From contig JAZKYJ010000022.1 in NCBI GenBank assembly GCA_045612045.1, positions 3,284 through 67,283 on the forward strand: a stretch of 64,000 nucleotides of DNA, written 5' to 3'. Made by a program: the position numbers and the translations under genes. Below are positions 48,891 to 59,045 of this stretch, piece by piece. The notes under the pieces are model-generated. The model saw only the letters and a program-made list of their open reading frames with translations. It had not been told where the DNA came from and ran no database searches. How positions within the stretch are numbered: the first letter of the stretch is position 1; every line of letters starts with the position of its first letter. Source of the DNA: Paludibacteraceae bacterium. GTDB taxonomy: Bacteria > Bacteroidota > Bacteroidia > Bacteroidales > Paludibacteraceae.

Positions 48891-49667
48891 ATGATACAAG
48901 TAAAAGATATCGTAAAGAGTTTCGACGGTAGCGTGGTGCTCAACCATGTGAATGCCAATTTCGAAGATGGTAAGGTCAACATGATCATTGGTCAATCTGG
49001 TTCGGGTAAGACCGTCCTGATGAAATCCATGATTGGTCTGCACCTTATTGACAGTGGTGAGATTGTGTTTGACACGCAAAATGGTCAGCAAAACCTAGTT
49101 AGCATGTCCGAGAAAGAGGTTCGTCTGCTTCACCGCGAAGTGGGCATGCTTTTTCAAGGGGCAGCGCTCTTTGATAGCATGACCGTACTAGAGAATGTGA
49201 TGTATCCACTAGAGATGTTCTCGTCGATGAGCGACAAGGAGATGGTGGCTCGTGCACGCTTTTGTTTGGAACGTGTGAATATGCCCGATCGTTCGCTATC
49301 GCTCATGCCTAGCGAGATCAGTGGTGGTATGCAAAAGCGTGTAGCTATCGCTCGCGCTATTGCACTCAACCCTAGATACCTATTCTGCGACGAACCTAAC
49401 TCGGGTCTTGATCCTCGCACCAGTTTGGTCATCGACAAACTGATTCAGGACATCACACAAGAGTACAACATCTGCACCATCGTCAATAGCCACGATATGA
49501 ACTCTATCATGGAGATTGGCGACAATATCGTCTTCCTGCGCAACGGAGTAAAGGAGTGGCAAGGCAGCCGACACGAGATTTTCCACGTCAACAACGAAGC
49601 ATTAAACGATTTTGTCTTCGCCAGCGAACTATTCAAGAAAGTCAAGAGCGCATCACGCTCTATCTAG
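48891..49667 (+). CDS. mlaF: MlaF-like ABC transporter ATP-binding protein
   Basis: Walker A GQSGSGKT, signature ISGGMQKR and Walker B LFCDEP. Confidence 0.85.
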   Translation: MIQVKDIVKSFDGSVVLNHVNANFEDGKVNMIIGQSGSGKTVLMKSMIGLHLIDSGEIVFDTQNGQQNLVSMSEKEVRLLHREVGMLFQGAALFDSMTVLENVMYPLEMFSSMSDKEMVARARFCLERVNMPDRSLSLMPSEISGGMQKRVAIARAIALNPRYLFCDEPNSGLDPRTSLVIDKLIQDITQEYNICTIVNSHDMNSIMEIGDNIVFLRNGVKEWQGSRHEIFHVNNEALNDFVFASELFKKVKSASRSI

Positions 49668-49688
49668 AACCCAACACGTGTGCGGACT

Positions 49689-49991
49689 ATGAGACGATCA
49701 ATAGCAATATCCCTACTCATTATCTCATGCATAGCTGGCTATGCACAAACGCAGCCTAAACAACCGGCACGCGTAGCGGCATACCAGGGTGTCATCCTGC
49801 GCGTACAACCTAACTCTGACACCATCTATGTCAGACTACACGGAGATGAGCGCAACCATTGGATGACACTAGAAGATGGTACCACACTGGTCAAAGAAAA
49901 CAACAAAGGATATATCTGCTACGCCAAGAAAAAGAAAAACGGCCAGATCGTAGCCACCCGAAAAAAGGTAAAACAAACACGTAGCAAGTAG
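49689..49991 (+). CDS. small secreted protein homologous to the N-terminal region of the adjacent M6 peptidase
   Basis: Signal peptide MRRSIAISLLIISCIAGYAQ. GVILRVQPNSDTIYVRLHGDERNHW aligns with GAILVTQPDGSTITLYQHGDERFHW of the next gene. Confidence 0.45.
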   Translation: MRRSIAISLLIISCIAGYAQTQPKQPARVAAYQGVILRVQPNSDTIYVRLHGDERNHWMTLEDGTTLVKENNKGYICYAKKKKNGQIVATRKKVKQTRSK

Positions 49992-50044
49992 TTTAGAGAA
50001 CGGCGTTGAGCGCCTATGGTTTATAGATTAAAGAACAAATTTCT

Positions 50045-51652
50045 ATGATAAGATTAAGCACTTTAGTATTTATTTTTGCCATAACCATTGCTACGTGGGC
50101 AGTACCCGCACGCAAAGGGGCTATTCTGGTAACACAACCCGATGGCAGCACCATCACGCTCTACCAGCATGGCGACGAGCGTTTTCATTGGCACACCAAT
50201 GCGCAAGGCCAATGGATGGCCATCGGTGAAGATGGTTTCTACCACCTGACGGAACCCCTCACCGACCAGCAGATAGAAAAGCGCATAGCCACTTCCAAAC
50301 GTGCTGCACAAGCAGCTTATCCGCTAAATATTGCTCCTAGAGGATTGGTCATTCTGGTCAATTTTGCAGACCTTGCTTTCGAAACTAGCAAAGCAGAGAT
50401 GGATAGCATGCTGACGGCCCAAGACTACCAACGCCATTATAGCTATACCTATCGTGGCAAGACATATAATATACAGTCGCAAGGTTCTGCACGACAATAC
50501 TTCTACGACAGTTCCAATGGCGCGTACAACCCACAGTTTGATGTCATCGGTCCTGTCACCTTGAGCAAAGCCTATAGCTACTACGGCAAAAACGACATAA
50601 ATGGCAACGATATGAATCCACAGTTGATGACCAAAGAAGCATGCGAACTGGCCGTAGATAGCGTGGATTTTGCCAACTATGACAACAACAACGATGGCTA
50701 CGTGGACTTCGTCTTTGTCATCTATGCCGGCTACGGCGAAGCAGATGGTGGTGTAGCCTCTACCATCTGGCCCCACTCATGGTATCTATCTGCCGCAGGA
50801 GCACGATGCGAAGTGGACGGCAAGTTGGTAGATCTCTATGCTTGCGGCAATGAACTGGACAACTTCTCCAAGCAGCACACAGGTATTGGCACCTTCTGCC
50901 ACGAGTTTAGCCATGTATTGGGCTTGCCCGACTTGTATGTCACCAATACGGCTACCCACGTCACACTCAATGAATGGGACATCATGGACTACGGTCCTTA
51001 CAACAACGAAGGCAACACCCCACCCGCCTATTCCTCCTACGAGCGTTTCTTCCTAGGATGGTTGACACCTCGACTCATCACCGAACCCGAAAACATCACC
51101 CTAGAGAACCTCAATAGCAGCAACTCTGCACTGATCATCACCGAGAGCGACACGGCCAACCTCATCGGCAACGACCCAAATCCTACCACATTCTATATGC
51201 TAGAGAATAGGCAACAAGAAGGTTGGGACCAATACTTACCAGGACACGGACTCATGCTCACCAAGATTCAGTATAGTTATAATCGTTGGGCACAAAACAC
51301 GGTCAACAACGCTAGTAGCAAACTAGGTGTAGACCTCCTTGAGGCTAATGGCAAAGCCACTAAGAATGGCAAAGCCTCTGATCTCTTCCCTACTGGTTCC
51401 ACACAGTATCTCAAGATTGCTGACCACCCCATCGAGCAGATTGCTGAAAACGACGGTGTGATTACCTTTAAGTACAAAGGTGGTATTCCTGAGGAAGGCA
51501 CTTCGATAGAGTCCCCACAAGTCGATCAGGAGCAGATACTAGCTATCTACAACATCCTAGGTCAACTACAAACGACCACCAATCTGCTAGAATTGCCACA
51601 CGGCACATATATCATCAAGACCAACCAAGGTAGTAAGAAAATCGTACGTTAA
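50045..51652 (+). CDS. M6-family (immune inhibitor A-like) metalloprotease with a T9SS C-terminal domain
   Basis: HEFSHVLGLPDLY zinc motif. The C-terminus IYNILGQLQ...LLELPHGTYIIKTNQGSKKIV is a T9SS sorting domain. Confidence 0.8.
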   Translation: MIRLSTLVFIFAITIATWAVPARKGAILVTQPDGSTITLYQHGDERFHWHTNAQGQWMAIGEDGFYHLTEPLTDQQIEKRIATSKRAAQAAYPLNIAPRGLVILVNFADLAFETSKAEMDSMLTAQDYQRHYSYTYRGKTYNIQSQGSARQYFYDSSNGAYNPQFDVIGPVTLSKAYSYYGKNDINGNDMNPQLMTKEACELAVDSVDFANYDNNNDGYVDFVFVIYAGYGEADGGVASTIWPHSWYLSAAGARCEVDGKLVDLYACGNELDNFSKQHTGIGTFCHEFSHVLGLPDLYVTNTATHVTLNEWDIMDYGPYNNEGNTPPAYSSYERFFLGWLTPRLITEPENITLENLNSSNSALIITESDTANLIGNDPNPTTFYMLENRQQEGWDQYLPGHGLMLTKIQYSYNRWAQNTVNNASSKLGVDLLEANGKATKNGKASDLFPTGSTQYLKIADHPIEQIAENDGVITFKYKGGIPEEGTSIESPQVDQEQILAIYNILGQLQTTTNLLELPHGTYIIKTNQGSKKIVR

Positions 51653-51659
51653 TACAAAT

Positions 51660-52424
51660 ATGAAAATCATCTCGTATAACCTCAACGGCATTCGCAGTGC
51701 CATCAGCAAAGGCCTGTTTGATTGGCTCGCTACAGAACAGCCTGACGTTTTCTGCATCCAGGAGAGCAAGGCCCAACCCGATCAAATAGACACCATGACT
51801 ATGCAAGAATTAGGCTATGAGAGCTATATCCACTCGGCCGAAAAGAAAGGTTACTCTGGTGTAGCCATCTTCAGCCGTATCAAGCCAGACCGTGTAGTAA
51901 TAGGTATGAACAACCACAAGTACGATTGCCAAGGTCGTGTGATTCGTGCGGACTATGGAGATCTTACCGTGGTGTGCGTATACATCCCATCGGGAGAAGC
52001 AGAAGGACCCAAATATGAATACAAAATGGAGTTCCTCGAGGACTTCCTCCTGTGGGTAAAGGAGTTGCGCCAAGAGCGCCCCAATATCGTGGTATGTGGC
52101 GACTATAATATTGCACACAAACCTATTGACATCAACAATTGGAAACGTCAGGTAGGTGTCAGCGGATTCTTGCCCGAAGAGCGCGAGTGGCTCGACCGTT
52201 GGGAAGCGAGCGGCATGGTGGATACCTTCCGCATGTTTGACCAGAGTCCAGAGAAATACAGTTGGTGGAGTTTCCGTGCGGGTTCTAGAGCTCGAAACGT
52301 AGGTTGGCGTATCGACTACCATTGGGTAAGTGAACCTCTGCGCGAACGTGTGCAAAATGCTAGTATAATGGCGGAAGTGGTGCATTCGGATCATTGCCCG
52401 GTTTGTTTAGAGGTGAGAGGTTAG
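51660..52424 (+). CDS. xth: exodeoxyribonuclease III
   Basis: 254-aa ORF. N-terminus [14 protein letters not shown], then FCIQESK and C-terminal SDHCPV. Confidence 0.9.
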   Translation: MKIISYNLNGIRSAISKGLFDWLATEQPDVFCIQESKAQPDQIDTMTMQELGYESYIHSAEKKGYSGVAIFSRIKPDRVVIGMNNHKYDCQGRVIRADYGDLTVVCVYIPSGEAEGPKYEYKMEFLEDFLLWVKELRQERPNIVVCGDYNIAHKPIDINNWKRQVGVSGFLPEEREWLDRWEASGMVDTFRMFDQSPEKYSWWSFRAGSRARNVGWRIDYHWVSEPLRERVQNASIMAEVVHSDHCPVCLEVRG

Positions 52425-52428
52425 AGAT

Positions 52429-53175
52429 ATGGATAAACTAAGAACAGAACATCTATATAAGAAGTACGGCAAACGTACAGTGGTAGATGATGTAAGCATC
52501 TACCTTGAGCAAGGCGAGATCGTTGGCTTGCTTGGGCCAAATGGTGCTGGCAAAACCACTACTTTCTACATGACGACAGGACTTGTACTGCCCAACAGCG
52601 GCAAGATTTTCCTCAATGACATGGATATATCTTCCATGCCAATGTATCGCCGTGCCAAACTAGGTATTGGCTACTTGCCACAAGAGGCTAGCGTCTTCCG
52701 CAAGATGAGCGTAGAAGACAATATCCGCTCGGTATTGGAGATGACCAATTTCACCAAGGAGTACCAAGAGCAGAAGCTCGAGCAACTCATCAAGGAGTTC
52801 AACCTTGGTCATGTACGCCATAACCTAGGAGACAGACTCTCTGGTGGTGAAAGACGTCGTACAGAGATTGCTCGCTGCTTGGCCATTGAACCCAAGTTTG
52901 TCATGCTAGACGAACCATTTGCGGGAGTAGATCCGATTGCGGTACAAGAGATCCAGGATGTAGTATGGCGACTAAAAGATAAGAATATCGGCATACTCAT
53001 CACGGACCACAATGTGGACGAGACATTGATGATCACCGATCGTGCTTACCTACTCTTCGAGGGCAAAATCCTCTTCCATGGTACACCCGAAGAGTTGGCG
53101 GCAAACCCTACTGTTAGAAAGAACTATTTGGGTAGAGATTTTGAATTAAAGAAGAAAACGAAAGTAGAAGAATGA
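52429..53175 (+). CDS. lptB: LPS export ABC transporter ATP-binding protein
   Basis: 248-aa ORF with [26 protein letters not shown] and the typical LptB C-terminus VRK.YLG..F. Confidence 0.9.
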   Translation: MDKLRTEHLYKKYGKRTVVDDVSIYLEQGEIVGLLGPNGAGKTTTFYMTTGLVLPNSGKIFLNDMDISSMPMYRRAKLGIGYLPQEASVFRKMSVEDNIRSVLEMTNFTKEYQEQKLEQLIKEFNLGHVRHNLGDRLSGGERRRTEIARCLAIEPKFVMLDEPFAGVDPIAVQEIQDVVWRLKDKNIGILITDHNVDETLMITDRAYLLFEGKILFHGTPEELAANPTVRKNYLGRDFELKKKTKVEE

Positions 53176-54182
53176 TACAGCAGACGCTGACAAACATACG
53201 ACTACTATTGCTGATGCATGTGATTGCCATACTAATGGTCGCATGCCACCCCATCGAACCTGATATTCAATTCACCATCACTCCATGTGCCTCTATGCCT
53301 AGCGCCAGAGCTGCCGCTACTTGCTTTGTCATTGGCAACCATGCATATATCCTTTGCGGAAGAGATAGTGCCGGTGTTTATTGCAATGACATGTGGCAAT
53401 ACAATAGCGTTACGGACTCGTGGACGCATCTTGGCACCACTCCATTAACTAGCAGAGTCAATGCCACGGCATGCGTATACGAAGGTAAGGCATATGTGGG
53501 GCTTGGTTTTAATGGCATATACAACAATACCAACAGCTACCTTACGGATTGGTGGTGCTATGATCCGCTATTGAACCAATGGACACGTCTACAGGATTAT
53601 CCCGCCACCACGTCTGATAGGGCTGTCTGTCTCGTTGGAGATGGAGAGCTATATGTAGGATATGGTTTTAATTGGACCTACGAACGCGATATGTATCGAT
53701 ATGATATAGCCACCAACAAGTGGCAGTATATCGATGTACATTTGGATAGAAAACCCCATACTTTCCCCACGCGTAGTTTTGGAGGTGTGGGGGCTACGTG
53801 CCAAAACAGACATTTTGTGGGAACCGGATTCAGAGGACATAGCCTAAACTGGTGGGGAGAATGGCTTCCTGAAGGGCAGTGGGTAAAACGACAACATGTA
53901 CCGGGTGCTAAACGTACATTGGCAGCATGCACTGCTAGCGATCAGCATATCTACGTGATTGGAGGTATGTATTTTGGCGGAGTCAATACGGATGGAAAAC
54001 TGCTAGCAGATATACTACAATACGATCCGCAGAATGACTCGTGGATACATGTTGGCAATATTCCATCTGGAGGACTAATCAATCATCTGGCCTTCTACAT
54101 CAACCAAGATATTTACCTGGGGCTAGGCGAAAACGAGGACCTAACACTCTGCAACCAACTATATCGCCTTCATGAAGAATAG
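53172..54182 (+). CDS. Kelch-repeat lipoprotein
   Basis: Lipobox LMVAC. The repeat pattern [WY]-x-Y-[DN]-x-x-x-[DN]-x-W occurs at least four times ([44 protein letters not shown]). ATGA overlap with lptB. Confidence 0.6.
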   Translation: MIQQTLTNIRLLLLMHVIAILMVACHPIEPDIQFTITPCASMPSARAAATCFVIGNHAYILCGRDSAGVYCNDMWQYNSVTDSWTHLGTTPLTSRVNATACVYEGKAYVGLGFNGIYNNTNSYLTDWWCYDPLLNQWTRLQDYPATTSDRAVCLVGDGELYVGYGFNWTYERDMYRYDIATNKWQYIDVHLDRKPHTFPTRSFGGVGATCQNRHFVGTGFRGHSLNWWGEWLPEGQWVKRQHVPGAKRTLAACTASDQHIYVIGGMYFGGVNTDGKLLADILQYDPQNDSWIHVGNIPSGGLINHLAFYINQDIYLGLGENEDLTLCNQLYRLHEE

Positions 54183-55653
54183 TCTATTACTGCTCATAGG
54201 ATTATTTCTGGTGAATAGCACGGCTATTGCACAAGATTGGGAGTGGTGGCCATTGGGCTACACACAGAGCCAGACACCTGCCGATACCTTGTATTATACC
54301 GCAGAGACAATAGGTGTAGCATCCTCGGGCACATATGCACCATTCTGGTTGCAGAGCAATCGCCATGGCAATATCTCCGCATCCCCATTCAGTGCCAACC
54401 TGTCGGCTGGGATCTACAAACCCGCCAACCAAACCCGCAGATGGTACGACTATGATTTTGCGGTGCAGCTCACGGGCAGATGGCAAAGCAGTACGCCTAC
54501 TAGCTACCAACCTTTCCGCAAGGGTGTAACGGGGTACTTCCAGCAATTATATGCACATGCACGACTGTATTGTATTGATTTCACACTAGGTATCAAACCA
54601 CTAGCATACGAAAGCATGGATCATAGTTTATCTAGCGGTAGTTTGCTTCTGTCGGGCAATAGCCAACCTTTGCCCCGCATCAGTATCGGTATAGATTCCT
54701 ACACTCCTTTCCCTGGCACTTACGGATATTTCGAAATCAAAGGGGGGATCACCCATGCATGGATGACGGATAATGCCTATATAGCTGACTATTATCTCCA
54801 CCACAAATACCTTGGACTTCGTTTTGGAGGTCGACTTCCGATTAACCTCAGCTACGAATTCCACCATGCGGCGCAATGGGGAGGCATGTCTCCCCAGTAT
54901 GGGGATCTCACCGGGGGGAGCACATGGCAAGCCTTTATCCATGCCTTTATGGCTAGCAGTGGAGGCAATACAGCCAACGAACAGCTCAATGCGCAAGGCA
55001 ATCATCTGGTTAGCCAACAATTAGCATTGACCGCAAAAGGACGAGGATGGAACGTCACCGCATACTGGCAGAATTTCTCGGAAGATAATCTCGTTTTTCT
55101 TGGATTCGGTCATAATCTGCCAGACGGAATTTTTGGTATTTCTATGCAGCAAGACCATTGGCCATATATTCAGGGTATCACGTATGAGTACGTGAATTCT
55201 ACGGATCAGTCTGGTCCTTGGCATGATCGTGACGGGTTATGCTACGGTGCCAACGATTTGTACTACCAAAATCTCATTTATCAAAATGGTTGGAACTACT
55301 TCTACCGCACCATGGGTACACCATTTATCACCTCTCCCCTCTACAACAGCGACGATACTCCTTACACCCTGAATAGCCGAGTTAGGCTACATCATCTAGG
55401 TATACGTGGCAACATCCATGGTTTTCGCTACCGCCTACTCTGCTCCCATGCTCGCAATTTTGGCAACGACAACACGTCCAAACAACTATTATCCACCAAT
55501 ACTGCTGTTTTGCTAGAGGTCACCAAGCATGTCGAGAAAGCATGGGGACTAGATTTTTCTCTCTCCCTTGCTGGCGACTTTGGTAGCCAGTTTGGCAATC
55601 AGTTGGGTGCCATGTTCACCATACGCAAACAAGGAATCATCACACTATGGTAA
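54172..55653 (+). CDS. outer-membrane beta-barrel protein, possibly capsule-assembly Wzi family
   Basis: 493-aa ORF with a signal peptide and aromatic-rich alternating strands. APFWLQSNRHG resembles the Wzi-family N-terminal motif, from memory only. Confidence 0.45.
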   Translation: MKNSLLLLIGLFLVNSTAIAQDWEWWPLGYTQSQTPADTLYYTAETIGVASSGTYAPFWLQSNRHGNISASPFSANLSAGIYKPANQTRRWYDYDFAVQLTGRWQSSTPTSYQPFRKGVTGYFQQLYAHARLYCIDFTLGIKPLAYESMDHSLSSGSLLLSGNSQPLPRISIGIDSYTPFPGTYGYFEIKGGITHAWMTDNAYIADYYLHHKYLGLRFGGRLPINLSYEFHHAAQWGGMSPQYGDLTGGSTWQAFIHAFMASSGGNTANEQLNAQGNHLVSQQLALTAKGRGWNVTAYWQNFSEDNLVFLGFGHNLPDGIFGISMQQDHWPYIQGITYEYVNSTDQSGPWHDRDGLCYGANDLYYQNLIYQNGWNYFYRTMGTPFITSPLYNSDDTPYTLNSRVRLHHLGIRGNIHGFRYRLLCSHARNFGNDNTSKQLLSTNTAVLLEVTKHVEKAWGLDFSLSLAGDFGSQFGNQLGAMFTIRKQGIITLW

Positions 55654-56366
55654 ACCATCCATTACATATCATCATGCCCGTCAAGGACTCTATCGACATT
55701 GCCGAGAGAGCCATACGCGCGATTGTCGCTAGCGGACATTCGCTCTGCATCTATGACGACAACTCATTGCCTGAGAACGCACTACGGTTGGACGATATTG
55801 CCCAAGAGACGAACACTCGAGTAGTGCATATATCGGATCTTACCGACCACCCTTCGCCCAACTATCGATTGGTGCTCCAGCTTGCTCAGCAAGAGGCATT
55901 GCAGCAAGGCCAACATCTGGTGATCGTAGAGAGCGATGTGATTGTCCAGCCAGATACCCTGAGCCGAATGGCTGCCCAAGTGCAAGATCATGTGGGTATG
56001 ATAGCGGCTGTTACAGTAGATGAGAGCGGCACATATAATTTCCCCTACCATTATCTCCACCGCCTGCGCTATCGTTTTCTAGCTAAAAAGACGATTGCCA
56101 TCTCCAAGCGTTTTTCGTTCTGCTGCACGCTTCTTACACACGAGTTCTTGCAGCAGGCAGATTTTCTGCAGCTTGACCCTAGCAAGAACTGGTATGATGT
56201 CACCATCTCCCATTGGTCAGTAGATCTAGGGTTGCGCAACCTGCTGATGCTAGACAATCCTGTCTTGCACCTGCCTCACTCTTCGCGTCCTTGGAAACGA
56301 CTCAAATACACACATCCCTTGCGCTACTATTGGCGCAAGCTCACCCAACGTCTAGACAAGATATGA
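55647..56366 (+). CDS. small GT-A-fold glycosyltransferase-like protein
   Basis: 239-aa ORF. HIIMPVKDS...IYDDNS and ESDV resemble GT2-like nucleotide-binding and acidic motifs. It overlaps both neighbours. Confidence 0.5.
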   Translation: MVNHPLHIIMPVKDSIDIAERAIRAIVASGHSLCIYDDNSLPENALRLDDIAQETNTRVVHISDLTDHPSPNYRLVLQLAQQEALQQGQHLVIVESDVIVQPDTLSRMAAQVQDHVGMIAAVTVDESGTYNFPYHYLHRLRYRFLAKKTIAISKRFSFCCTLLTHEFLQQADFLQLDPSKNWYDVTISHWSVDLGLRNLLMLDNPVLHLPHSSRPWKRLKYTHPLRYYWRKLTQRLDKI

Positions 56367-57775
56367 ATCCTCTGGTCAGTGTCATAGTTCCCATCTACAA
56401 TGCGGCGCCCTACCTAGTAGAGACGCTAGATAGCATCTTGGCCTCCACGTATCGACCTTTGGAAGTAGTGATGGTAGACGATGGTAGTCAGGATGATAGT
56501 CTTGCTATCGCGCAATCCTATTGCCAGCAGCACGCAGAGTGCCACCTGATATCACAAACCAATCAGGGGGTATCGGCAGCACGCAACACGGCCATTCGGG
56601 CAGCAAAAGGCATATATATATTGCCGGTGGACGCAGATGATAAGATTGCCGACACCTTTATTCAACAAGCTGTGGAGGTCATTGCCCATTCCCCTGAGAT
56701 TCGCGTGGTGGGATGCAGATGCTGGATGTTCGGGGCAGTAGACCAAGAGTGGAAGTTGCCCACTTTCAGCCACGCTTTGCTCGCACGCAAGAATATGATT
56801 CCAGCCACAGCGCTCTACCGCAAAGCGGACTGGGAACGATGTGGCGGATATTGCGAGGAGGAGATCTACCGAGAGGATTGGGATTTTTGGATCAGCATGA
56901 TGGAGCTTGGGGGCACCTTCTATAAGATCAATCAGATCCTATTCTTCTATCGTATCTCTACGGGTTCACGACGGGTGCTGGCTAAAGGTAGAAAGCACCT
57001 TATCGTGGATGCCATCAATCGGCGACATCCGGAATACCTAAAGCGCTATTTAGGGGGGCCGCTCCACTATCATCGTTCATGGTCACGCTTGATCAATCTC
57101 TTTCGCTCAGAAAAGACGGTTGGGGCGTATGACTATTGGAGCGAAGGGGATATTGTTTACGCAAAGCGAAATACTATTCGCAAATACAACAATTTCATTT
57201 CCAAGCAGTTTGCTACTCCATCCTGGTGGCGAGGTTTGATCTATGGTTGGTTCACTGCATCCAAGGCACAACGCTCCTACGAGTATGCCCAGCGCTTAGA
57301 AGGGCTTACTCCTGCCCCTATTGCCTATCGTGAGATCAAGTATGGAGGCATACTCCGACAGAGTTGGTATGTATGCCAAGAATCTGAGTGTCAATATACA
57401 TTCAACGATTTGATTCACAACAAGTCGTTTCCACATCGCGAACAGATATTGCAATCCATCGGACGATTTACGGCGCAATTATATCAGCGAGGAATCTATC
57501 ATCAGGACTATTCGGGCGGCAATATCCTCTTCAACGAAGATGGGAGCAAGATTGAGATAATCGACCTGAATCGTATCAAGTTTTATCGCCAAATGCCGCT
57601 TAAGAAAGCATTACAATTATTCGAGCGACTCAATATTGATAAAGATGCCCTATCCATACTCGGCGCTACTTTTGCGCAAGTTTTAGGCTTGGACAAAGAT
57701 TTCGTGATCAACTATATCATCACCCATCGTTGGAAAAAGCATATTCAACAAGGAATTACCCATCTATATGAATAG
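56363..57775 (+). CDS. fusion protein: family-2 glycosyltransferase + lipopolysaccharide (Kdo/WaaP-type) kinase domain
   Basis: The N-terminal half has VSVIVPIYNAAPYL, VDDGSQDDS and PVDADD (GT2). The C-terminal half has GIYHQDYSGGNILF and IIDLNR (a kinase catalytic loop of the LPS-kinase family). ATG at 56363 gives an ATGA overlap with the upstream stop. Confidence 0.7.
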   Translation: MNPLVSVIVPIYNAAPYLVETLDSILASTYRPLEVVMVDDGSQDDSLAIAQSYCQQHAECHLISQTNQGVSAARNTAIRAAKGIYILPVDADDKIADTFIQQAVEVIAHSPEIRVVGCRCWMFGAVDQEWKLPTFSHALLARKNMIPATALYRKADWERCGGYCEEEIYREDWDFWISMMELGGTFYKINQILFFYRISTGSRRVLAKGRKHLIVDAINRRHPEYLKRYLGGPLHYHRSWSRLINLFRSEKTVGAYDYWSEGDIVYAKRNTIRKYNNFISKQFATPSWWRGLIYGWFTASKAQRSYEYAQRLEGLTPAPIAYREIKYGGILRQSWYVCQESECQYTFNDLIHNKSFPHREQILQSIGRFTAQLYQRGIYHQDYSGGNILFNEDGSKIEIIDLNRIKFYRQMPLKKALQLFERLNIDKDALSILGATFAQVLGLDKDFVINYIITHRWKKHIQQGITHLYE

Positions 57776-59045
57776 CATCACACAGAAATATCAGTCCATC
57801 ATAGGCCGGATCAACGCTATCCTATTTTTGGTTGTAGTTGCCATGTTGCCCTTTCCGCAAATCATGTTGCGGTATGCCTATGTAGCCTGGATCATCACAT
57901 GGTTTCTTGAGGGGCGATTCCTACGCAGGCCTAAGGCCACAGATTGGCGCCTGATGCTACCTTTCATCATGTTTGGAGCCTGGTATATCTGGAAGATTAT
58001 TTCTGGTCTATGGTCCAAAGATCTTGATGCATACTATTGGTTGTTAGAACGTTATATGACTTTCGGCCTACTTGTTCCGGTAGGTATTTGGGGAGTCAAT
58101 TCGCACTATGATTGGAAACAGGCATGCCGAGTCTTAGTGATAGGCTGCATCAGTTCAGCGCTTTTCTACATATGTACGCTCTATTGGATCAACCATGCTG
58201 ACCTGCCTTTGGGCAATACGATCCTACCACCATATGAAGATTTCAATTTATCCTTCTTTTCTGAAACGATATCGTTTATCAAACACCGCCTATTCTTGTG
58301 CAGTACAATGATGATGGGCATCATGGCCATCTTGTATATACGTCAGGATATTTGTCAGAAATACGGTCGTGCAGTAGGATGGACATTGATTTGCTTAGGC
58401 ATAATCATTATGGGAGTACTGATTCTCGCAACGGGTTCTAGGGCATCTATTCTATCTGGAGTAGGCCTGATTACCATCGCGTTGCTATACAAGCTGCCTA
58501 TCCGCAAGGTCAGGTACCAGATTGCTTTCATAGTCTTGGCTGCCACGTTAGGAGTGGTTGCATTGCTGCATCATCCCCGAATGTCTGAGATCAACCTTAG
58601 GCAAGCACTGCAAACCGATGTCATATCTAAGGAGCAAAACACACGCCTCAATATATGGCGCATTGCATTAGAAAATCGTGCGGAATATTCTACATATGGA
58701 ATAGGTGCAGGCCAAAGTTTTGGATATTTACAACTCAAATACAGAGAACATCATATCTACCATTATAGACAGCACAACGCACACAATCAATATCTAGAAG
58801 AATGGATCGAGATAGGCATTCCAGGTCTTATTTTCTTTATCCTATCCTGGATCAGCATCCTTTGTTGTGCGACAGGCAAAGGTCGCAAAACGGCCATGCT
58901 GTTCGTCACTTTGTACAGCCTGAATATGCTCACCGATTGTATGTTCGGTAGATTTGATGGTATTGCTTTATGGTGTTTGTGTATGATGCTTATCCGCCTC
59001 CAGGCCGATGCGCAGTGTTATCAGCAGTCCGCGAGGGATGCATAG
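57768..59045 (+). CDS. O-antigen ligase (Wzy_C) family membrane protein
   Basis: 425-aa ORF, polytopic membrane protein, with HNAHNQYLEEWIEIGIPG typical of the O-antigen ligase domain. Confidence 0.7.
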   Translation: MNSITQKYQSIIGRINAILFLVVVAMLPFPQIMLRYAYVAWIITWFLEGRFLRRPKATDWRLMLPFIMFGAWYIWKIISGLWSKDLDAYYWLLERYMTFGLLVPVGIWGVNSHYDWKQACRVLVIGCISSALFYICTLYWINHADLPLGNTILPPYEDFNLSFFSETISFIKHRLFLCSTMMMGIMAILYIRQDICQKYGRAVGWTLICLGIIIMGVLILATGSRASILSGVGLITIALLYKLPIRKVRYQIAFIVLAATLGVVALLHHPRMSEINLRQALQTDVISKEQNTRLNIWRIALENRAEYSTYGIGAGQSFGYLQLKYREHHIYHYRQHNAHNQYLEEWIEIGIPGLIFFILSWISILCCATGKGRKTAMLFVTLYSLNMLTDCMFGRFDGIALWCLCMMLIRLQADAQCYQQSARDA

